This document shows positions 25,945-32,000 of a DNA stretch of 32,000 nt, piece after piece. The first letter of the stretch is position 1. Each line of letters starts with the position of its first letter. Origin of the DNA: Promethearchaeota archaeon (GTDB lineage Archaea; Asgardarchaeota; Lokiarchaeia; Sigyniarchaeales; SOKP01); contig JAUWGH010000002.1 in NCBI GenBank assembly GCA_030606485.1, positions 450,001 to 482,000 of the forward strand, in the 5' to 3' direction. A model generated the notes under the pieces. It was not told the origin of the DNA and searched no databases. It saw only the letters and a program-made list of their open reading frames with translations. Both the position numbers and the translations under genes were made by a program.

Positions 25945-26724
25945 ATGGTCGAAAAATTAGAAAGTAAAATGGAAGTCGTATTTGGATTTTTTGGTATAAT
26001 TTTTTCTAATGTTTTTATACTTATGGCTGTATTTTTCACTCCAGGATATAATCCATTATTCAATACTGTAAGTTCATTAGGGGAAGGACCAGCAAAATCA
26101 TTATTCAGTATTGCTTTTGTAGTAGCTGGTACATTAGGTATTCCATTTTTCATATATCTCGAAAGAGAATTAACAAATATAAAAGAAAGTATTAGAAGAC
26201 TTGCAACAGGTGTGTCAATATTTACATGTGTTTGTATTGCTTTAGTTGGAATAATTCCAGACGAGACCTATCCTGCTATTTGGCTTGCATTTCATGGTTT
26301 TGTAGCGATGGTTAGTTTTATAGGAAACTGTATTTATATTGATCTTTACAGTTATTTATTTTATAAAGGTCTTAAATCTAAAATTTATACAGGTCCAAGA
26401 TTTAAAAAATATCTAGCATACTTTGGTTTCAGTATCAGTATTGTGTTAATTACTTTAATAATTACGATGCAACCAATAGTAGAATGGATATTGACTATAC
26501 TTATACTTTTGTGGATTCTAATAACATCTTGTCAAATGATTATATTCAAATTTTTTAACATTCCAGGGATTTATTATCGACGATCTAAATATCCCGAAGC
26601 GCTAACCCGGTTTGAAGAGGCGCTCCAGATTTTAGATCGACTTGATATGAGTGAAGATCCAATAGCAAAAACTCTAAAAAAAAATATTGAATTTCTAAAG
26701 AGTGAATTGGAAAAAAAAACATAA
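25945..26724 (+). CDS. DUF998 family membrane protein with a C-terminal TPR-like helix pair
   Basis: PGYNPLFNTVSSLG and ...AFHGFVA typical of DUF998, about 5 TM; C-terminal YYRRSKYPEALTRFEEALQI. Confidence 0.7.
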   Translation: MVEKLESKMEVVFGFFGIIFSNVFILMAVFFTPGYNPLFNTVSSLGEGPAKSLFSIAFVVAGTLGIPFFIYLERELTNIKESIRRLATGVSIFTCVCIALVGIIPDETYPAIWLAFHGFVAMVSFIGNCIYIDLYSYLFYKGLKSKIYTGPRFKKYLAYFGFSISIVLITLIITMQPIVEWILTILILLWILITSCQMIIFKFFNIPGIYYRRSKYPEALTRFEEALQILDRLDMSEDPIAKTLKKNIEFLKSELEKKT

Positions 26725-26865
26725 AATGAAATTTTAAAAGTGTCAATTTAACATTCTTTTGGAAATACCTTTTAATCTATATTATAAAGAGAGATTTTTT
26801 TAAATATATTAATCTCATTTTAAGTGATAAATCATAAAAAATGAAATTATTATAATATAATAGAT

Positions 26866-27663
26866 TTGAAAATAATGAGTTATGAAGATATAATTTATGA
26901 AAAAAAAGAGGGTGTTGCTCGTATAACTATCAATCGGCCTCAGCGTTATAACGCGTGCACACAGCACACCGTTCATGAATTGATCGACGCTTTCAATCGG
27001 TGCATGGACAATGAAATTGGCGTCGTGGTATTCACCGGTGCCGGGGACAAGGCGTTTTGTACCGGTGGAGATCAAACAACCCGCGAGAAGGGCGGATACA
27101 AGGGAGAGTATATATTACCGTTAGAAGTAGGCTGGCAACGCGTGACGCATTTGATCCGCACCCTACCCAAACCGGTCATCGCTCGAGTGAACGGGTACGC
27201 GATCGGGGGAGGTCATGTATGGCACGTTAATTGTGATCTCAGCATTGCAGCAGAGCATGCGCAGCTTGGGCAAGCAGGTCCTCGCGTAGGTTCTTTTGAT
27301 CCAGGATATGGAACTGGTGACTTAATGCGTGCCGTAGGCATGAAACGTGCCAAAGAAATTTGGTTTCTATGTCGCCGATATACTGCGCAACAAGCATTGG
27401 AAATGGGACTTGTGAACGCTGTTGTACCCTATGAAAAATTGGATGAGGAAGTGGATAAATGGTGTCAAGAACTGTTAGAAAAGAGCCCAACGGCGCTGAA
27501 AATGCTGAAATATGCTTTCCTGGCCGAGACTGATGGAGTAACAGGCATCACACAGTTAGGAGTTGGGGGACTGGGTCTTTATTATGGCACCGAGGAGGCT
27601 GTGGAAGGAAAGAATGCATTTTTAGAAAAACGTAAACCTGATTTTAATAAATTCAGAAAATAG
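26866..27663 (+). CDS. Crotonase-family enzyme, MenB (naphthoate synthase) / BadI (2-ketocyclohexanecarboxyl-CoA hydrolase) subfamily; true start may be the downstream ATG (MSYEDI)
   Basis: ITINRP..YNA, AFCTGGDQ, NGYAIGGGHV, GPRVGSFDPGYG, AKEIWFLCRRY, AFLEKRKPDF. Confidence 0.85.
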   Translation: MKIMSYEDIIYEKKEGVARITINRPQRYNACTQHTVHELIDAFNRCMDNEIGVVVFTGAGDKAFCTGGDQTTREKGGYKGEYILPLEVGWQRVTHLIRTLPKPVIARVNGYAIGGGHVWHVNCDLSIAAEHAQLGQAGPRVGSFDPGYGTGDLMRAVGMKRAKEIWFLCRRYTAQQALEMGLVNAVVPYEKLDEEVDKWCQELLEKSPTALKMLKYAFLAETDGVTGITQLGVGGLGLYYGTEEAVEGKNAFLEKRKPDFNKFRK

Positions 27664-28532
27664 TGAGGATTATGGATATTAAAAAAATTTGTGTAATTGG
27701 AGCAGGTATTATGGGTCATGGGATTGCTCAATTAGCTGCAACTCATGGGTATGATGTAAACCTTGTAGATGTAGATGATGAAGTTTTAAATAAAGCCAAA
27801 GCCTCTATTGAAAAGAGTCTTAACAGATTTTTTGTAGCAAAAGATAAGATTACTACTGAAGAGGCTGAAAAAATTCTTGATAGGATTAGTTTAAATGTTA
27901 ATAGGGATGAAGCTATTAAAGACGTACAAATGGTAATTGAGGCTGTGTTTGAAGACATGAATTTAAAGCAACAATTATTCTCTGAGCTGGATGCAATATG
28001 CGATAAAGATGTAATTCTTTCGTCTAATACCTCTTCATTAAGTATAACAGATATTGCCTTAAAATCTAAAAATCAAGAAAGGATCATAGGAATTCATTTC
28101 TTCAATCCGGCTCCAGTTATGAGATTAATAGAATTGATAAAAGGGAAGAATACATCTGACGAAGTCTTAGAAACGTCAAAAAAGTTCTCTGAGAGCTTAG
28201 ATAAAACTGTAGTAATTGTAAATGATGCTCCTGGCTTCGTAACAACTCGGCTTATTTATGTATTATGTAATGAAGCTGCAAACATGAAAATGGAAGGAAT
28301 CGCCAGCATAGAAGATATTGATATTGCTTGTAAATTGGCATTCAATTTTCCCATGGGTCCTTTAGAACTCAGTGATCTCGTAGGGAACGATATTTATTTG
28401 CATATTGGAGAATATTTAGAAAAGGAACTTGGAGATAAATATAAACCGTGCCCTCTTCTAAAAGAAATGGTCGAAAATAATTTATTGGGAAGAAAATCAA
28501 AAAAAGGGTTTTATAATTATAATAAACCATAA
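27663..28532 (+). CDS. 3-hydroxyacyl-CoA dehydrogenase (3-hydroxybutyryl-CoA dehydrogenase-like); likely start ATG 27672
   Basis: GAGIMGHGIA Rossmann motif, IEAVFE, SNTSSL, IHFFNPAP, PGFV, PMGP; GAGG-like SD element just before ATG 27672. Confidence 0.92.
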   Translation: MRIMDIKKICVIGAGIMGHGIAQLAATHGYDVNLVDVDDEVLNKAKASIEKSLNRFFVAKDKITTEEAEKILDRISLNVNRDEAIKDVQMVIEAVFEDMNLKQQLFSELDAICDKDVILSSNTSSLSITDIALKSKNQERIIGIHFFNPAPVMRLIELIKGKNTSDEVLETSKKFSESLDKTVVIVNDAPGFVTTRLIYVLCNEAANMKMEGIASIEDIDIACKLAFNFPMGPLELSDLVGNDIYLHIGEYLEKELGDKYKPCPLLKEMVENNLLGRKSKKGFYNYNKP

Positions 28533-28631
28533 AGAAAATTCTTAATTTCCAAAGAATTATCCTATAATTCTTCTTTTATTTTCTTTAAGCGGGAGATATA
28601 CATATTTTGATTAAAATTAAAGGATAAAATC

Positions 28632-29312
28632 ATGAAAAGATATTATAAAGATAAACTCTCGGCTGAAAGATTAAAACAATGTTATGATATTGCTCCATCC
28701 CGAGTTCAGCGATATTTAAAAGCAGAGATCGACTATATTCAGCAAAAATTCAGTCCAGGGGATCTAATTTTGGATTTGGGTTGCGGTTATGGGCGAGAAC
28801 TCCAACAAATCACTAATAATGATGTAACAATAATTGGAATTGATATATCATATTCCAGTTTAATTTTTGGAAAGGAACTGCTCCATAATATTGCTAATTG
28901 CTTTTTAATGAAGATGAATGCAGTTGAACTAGCCTTTCAGGACCAATTTTTCGATATTGTACTATGCATTCAGAATGGGATTTCTGCCTTTCACGTCGAT
29001 CAACGAGAATTAATAAAAGAAAGTATTCGAGTTACCAGACCTGGTGGAATTATTCTATTTTCAAGTTATAGTGATAAATTTTGGAAGGACCGATTGGAAT
29101 GGTTTCAATTGCAGTCTGAAAACGGACTTTTAGGGGAAATTGACTATGAAAAAACTCGTAATGGGGTAATCATATGTAAAGATGGTTTTAAAGCGACAAC
29201 AATTCGACCGCACCAATTCTTATTACTGACTTCTGAGTTTAATGTAGAAACGAATATTATGGAAGTTGATGAATCAAGCCTCTTTTATGAGATAAAAACA
29301 AAAGAGAAATAA
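28632..29312 (+). CDS. Class I SAM-dependent methyltransferase
   Basis: ILDLGCGYGR motif I, IGIDIS, FDIV, RVTRPGG. Confidence 0.88.
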   Translation: MKRYYKDKLSAERLKQCYDIAPSRVQRYLKAEIDYIQQKFSPGDLILDLGCGYGRELQQITNNDVTIIGIDISYSSLIFGKELLHNIANCFLMKMNAVELAFQDQFFDIVLCIQNGISAFHVDQRELIKESIRVTRPGGIILFSSYSDKFWKDRLEWFQLQSENGLLGEIDYEKTRNGVIICKDGFKATTIRPHQFLLLTSEFNVETNIMEVDESSLFYEIKTKEK

Positions 29313-29357
29313 GATTTACAGGCGACAATTTTTAACTTATAATAAATATTTTTAAAA

Positions 29358-30500
29358 TTATTTTAATTCTTCCCGTGCAATAATTAGGTTCTGTATCTCG
29401 GTAGTGCCTCCCCCAATCATAAAAAATTTCGCATCTCTCATATATCTCTCAACTGAATAGATATCTGTATATCCATCTCCACCGTGAATCTGAACTGCTT
29501 CTGATGTAATTTCTACAGCAGTTTTACTTGAGAAAACTTTTGCCATTGAAGCTTCCTTGGTTATATTCATGTTTATTTCATTTAATTTTGCGGCATTATA
29601 AGTTAATAATCGTGCAGCCTGTAGTTTTGTAGCCATTTCTGCAATTTTTAATTTAATAAGTTGAAATGATGAGATTGGTTTATTAAATTGAATTCGATTT
29701 TTTGCATAATATTTAGAATCCTCTAAAGCCGCTAGAGATATACCATTACTCTCAGAACTCAAGGTCAATCTTTCAATATTAAAAGTTGCCATCAAACTTT
29801 TAAATCCACTTCCCTCTTCACCGATAAGATTCTCTTCTGAAACTTCTATGTTATTAAGTTGAAGAGTTCCATTATAAATTCCATTTATTCCCATTAAATC
29901 ATAAGGATTTTCAATCGTTAAGCCGGGACTATCTTTTTCCACTAAGAATACGCTCATCCCATTCCGAGAATTAACATTCTGATTTGTAATACACCAAATA
30001 AAATAATAATCTGCAATTCCAGCATTTGTTATAAATTTTTTAGAACCGTTTAAGAGATAAATATCTCCCTTTTTCGTTGCTACGGTCTTTATTCCCGCCA
30101 CATTAGAACCGGCACCTTCTTCAGTAACACAAATACTGCATATTTTTTCTCCGGTTGCAATTTTTTTTAGATAATTTTCTTTCTGATCTTCATTTCCAAA
30201 TTTATTAAGAAGATATCCATCTAAAATACAAGGCGTTCGAGTAACCGAAGCAGCTACATTAATTTTGGAAATCTCTTCAGTTATCATACAATGAGCAATC
30301 ATTCCAAGCTCCGAACCATTGTATCTTTTTGGAATTAATGGTCCAAATAATCCCTTTTTTCCAATTTCTTTAATCAAAGAAAGAGGAATTTTTTTATTCT
30401 GATTAATTTCATTCTTTATCGGTTCTAATTCTGTTAATAGAAATTTTCTTACATCTTCTTGTAATGGGTAGTGTTTCTCTGTAAAAAATAACTCGTTCAT
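29358..30500 (-). CDS. Acyl-CoA dehydrogenase
   Basis: CVTEEGAGS, LNGSKKFITNA, R.QFNKPI..FQ, QIHGGDGY, IGGGTTEIQ. Confidence 0.93.
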   Translation of the reverse strand: MNELFFTEKHYPLQEDVRKFLLTELEPIKNEINQNKKIPLSLIKEIGKKGLFGPLIPKRYNGSELGMIAHCMITEEISKINVAASVTRTPCILDGYLLNKFGNEDQKENYLKKIATGEKICSICVTEEGAGSNVAGIKTVATKKGDIYLLNGSKKFITNAGIADYYFIWCITNQNVNSRNGMSVFLVEKDSPGLTIENPYDLMGINGIYNGTLQLNNIEVSEENLIGEEGSGFKSLMATFNIERLTLSSESNGISLAALEDSKYYAKNRIQFNKPISSFQLIKLKIAEMATKLQAARLLTYNAAKLNEINMNITKEASMAKVFSSKTAVEITSEAVQIHGGDGYTDIYSVERYMRDAKFFMIGGGTTEIQNLIIAREELK

Positions 30501-30641
30501 CTTATCATCCTTGCTTTGTTTTTTTCTAATATTTTATGTTAAATATTTAATTTTTAATTAATTAAAATATTCGTCTATTAAAACAATTCTGCAAATCATA
30601 TACATAATCACAAGGAAAAATATAACAATTAAAAATTTAAA

Positions 30642-31037
30642 ATGAAAGGAACTTATATTTTAGAAATTAGCCTTCAAAATGATATTGAATTGTCAATTGG
30701 AAGTTTAGGGTTAATTCATTTTAAAAAGGGTTTATATTATTATATAGGATCAGCAATGGGACCTCAAGGATCTTCTACTTTATTAAATAGAGTTAAACGA
30801 CATCTGAAAAAATCACATGAAAAGAAAAGATTTTGGCATATAGATTTTCTTTTAGAAAATAATAATGCTCTTTTAACCAAAATTATTCTTATCCCCTGTA
30901 AAATAAAATTAGAATGTAAGTTTGCAAGATATTTCTTACAATTGGCAGATAATTTTATACCAAACTTTGGAAGTAGTGATTGTAATTGTAAAACTCATTT
31001 ATTATATTTTAAGAAATCCAATAATTTGTTCAAATAA
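30642..31037 (+). CDS. GIY-YIG (Uri superfamily) nuclease, DUF123 family
   Basis: KGTYIL, YYYIGSA, R..RH, WHIDFLL, FGSSDCNCKTHL. Confidence 0.85.
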   Translation: MKGTYILEISLQNDIELSIGSLGLIHFKKGLYYYIGSAMGPQGSSTLLNRVKRHLKKSHEKKRFWHIDFLLENNNALLTKIILIPCKIKLECKFARYFLQLADNFIPNFGSSDCNCKTHLLYFKKSNNLFK

Positions 31038-31119
31038 TCAGTTGTAAGAAAGAAAAAATCAAAATTAATATTTAATTTTTCATTTATTTTTAGAAAAGAA
31101 GAATACTATTGATTTTATT

Positions 31120-31608
31120 ATGCAAATGATTACTCACTTTTTAGTCGGAATTATCATACAAAAATTTCTTTTTGGAATAATTCCATTTCCCTTTGATATC
31201 ATATTAATATTAATATTAGCGTTTTTATCCCATATCCTTTTAGATTGTCTCGCTAGATTAACGTATCATACCCCCGACCCACAAAAAGGAGATAAAATCT
31301 GGCTGGGGTGGCACATTGTTATTTATGTGACAAGTTTTCTAGTTTTTATAATTTTTTGTAATCCGTATTGGCTGGTTATGATTATATCGATTCTATTCGA
31401 TATTTGGGACTGGTACACATTAAGGATGATACAGCGTCATATTAAAAAGGATCCAAACTGGGGAAAAAAATATTTTTTACACCCGATAATTGATAAAGTG
31501 CGAAGTAAATTCTTCATGTGGCTCCCAGATCTTACCTACAACCATAAAGGTATATTAGTTGAGATATTTATCATAATTTCCTTATTGTGTATTATCTTAT
31601 TTCTCTGA
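31120..31608 (+). CDS. Membrane protein, possible YdjM-like metal-dependent hydrolase
   Basis: N-terminal THFLVG, LSHILLD in the second TM and a later His, matching the His/Asp pattern of YdjM-like proteins. Confidence 0.5.
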   Translation: MQMITHFLVGIIIQKFLFGIIPFPFDIILILILAFLSHILLDCLARLTYHTPDPQKGDKIWLGWHIVIYVTSFLVFIIFCNPYWLVMIISILFDIWDWYTLRMIQRHIKKDPNWGKKYFLHPIIDKVRSKFFMWLPDLTYNHKGILVEIFIIISLLCIILFL

Positions 31609-31709
31609 AATAATTTCGTTTTTAAATACAAATAATAAGATCTGTTTATTCTAATTATTTATAGTTAAATTTTAAAACAAAATTTGTTTCACAAAAAGGT
31701 ACTGACAAA

Positions 31710-32000
31710 ATGGAAAATATAACCCAAAAAGAATTGAGAAAGATACAGAAACTGGAGAAACGTCAAGGAATTTTGACAGGATATGTTAGCAAAATAGGAA
31801 AATTGCTGCTGTATATTCTTCCACTGGTGCTTGTGGTAATTACAATACTAACAATCTTTCAGATTTCGCAAGATGCAATTTTATACGCTATTTTTTATAT
31901 AGTCTTAGTTATTTATGGAATAAATTCATTGATCTTATTCTATGGCGCAAGTCTAACAAAGAAATCATTTCAATCCAGGTTAAAATTTGAAAGAAAGCGG
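31710..32000 (+). CDS. Membrane protein of unknown function, partial (runs off the 3' edge; 97 aa visible)
   Basis: Not in the ORF track; ATG 31710, open to 32000: MENITQKELRKIQKLEKRQGILTGYVSKIGKLLLYILPLVLVVITILTIFQ...KFERKR, with two hydrophobic segments. Confidence 0.75.
   Translation, partial: MENITQKELRKIQKLEKRQGILTGYVSKIGKLLLYILPLVLVVITILTIFQISQDAILYAIFYIVLVIYGINSLILFYGASLTKKSFQSRLKFERKR

Noticed and set aside
916-27958. Short track ORFs at 916, 3900, 6425, 6780, 7077, 13641, 13739, 14419, 16826, 20534, 20567, 22441, 25303, 25929, 26815, 27239 and 27743
   Set aside because: All lie antisense to, or out of frame within, longer genes with recognisable motifs and have no protein-like features of their own.
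28537-28558. Hairpin AATTCTT-N8-AAGAATT after the dehydrogenase gene
   Set aside because: Only a 7-bp, almost all A/T stem; expected by chance at this base composition.
30642-31037. GIY-YIG nuclease as a homing endonuclease or mobile intron marker
   Set aside because: It matches the short stand-alone DUF123 type widespread in archaea; no interrupted host gene or intron/intein context.

Overview
AT-rich prokaryotic window, most likely an Asgard archaeon (Lokiarchaeia-like). This is inferred from a Rab-like GTPase, a longin-like domain, large orphan proteins and standard code 11. No rRNA, tRNA, CRISPR array or intact mobile element was recognised. Left part: an edge-truncated Cys/His zinc-finger gene, a UreH/DsbD_2-like transporter, a GT87 glycosyltransferase, then a defence-like run (HEPN-TPR protein, ABC/AAA ATPase plus TOPRIM-like partner), a fucose/arabinose isomerase, an orphan beta-class DNA methyltransferase, a 1180-aa repeat protein and a GNAT. 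The most striking part is 16.5-25.7 kb. It encodes a 1689-aa single-pass receptor with Toll-like logic (beta-helix / Ca-binding repeats / CARDB - TM - degenerate HEPN - TIR) facing an 838-aa fusion (degenerate RelA/SpoT - TPR - TRPM-like SLOG - longin), with a Rab-like GTPase next door. The 838-aa gene is flanked by two complementary halves of a second, broken TIR gene in opposite orientations, suggesting a ~3.1 kb inversion. Right part: DUF998-TPR, a GC-anomalous MenB/BadI-type crotonase, 3-hydroxyacyl-CoA and acyl-CoA dehydrogenases, a SAM methyltransferase, a DUF123 GIY-YIG nuclease and membrane proteins. All domain calls are by-eye motif recognition; no database search was run.
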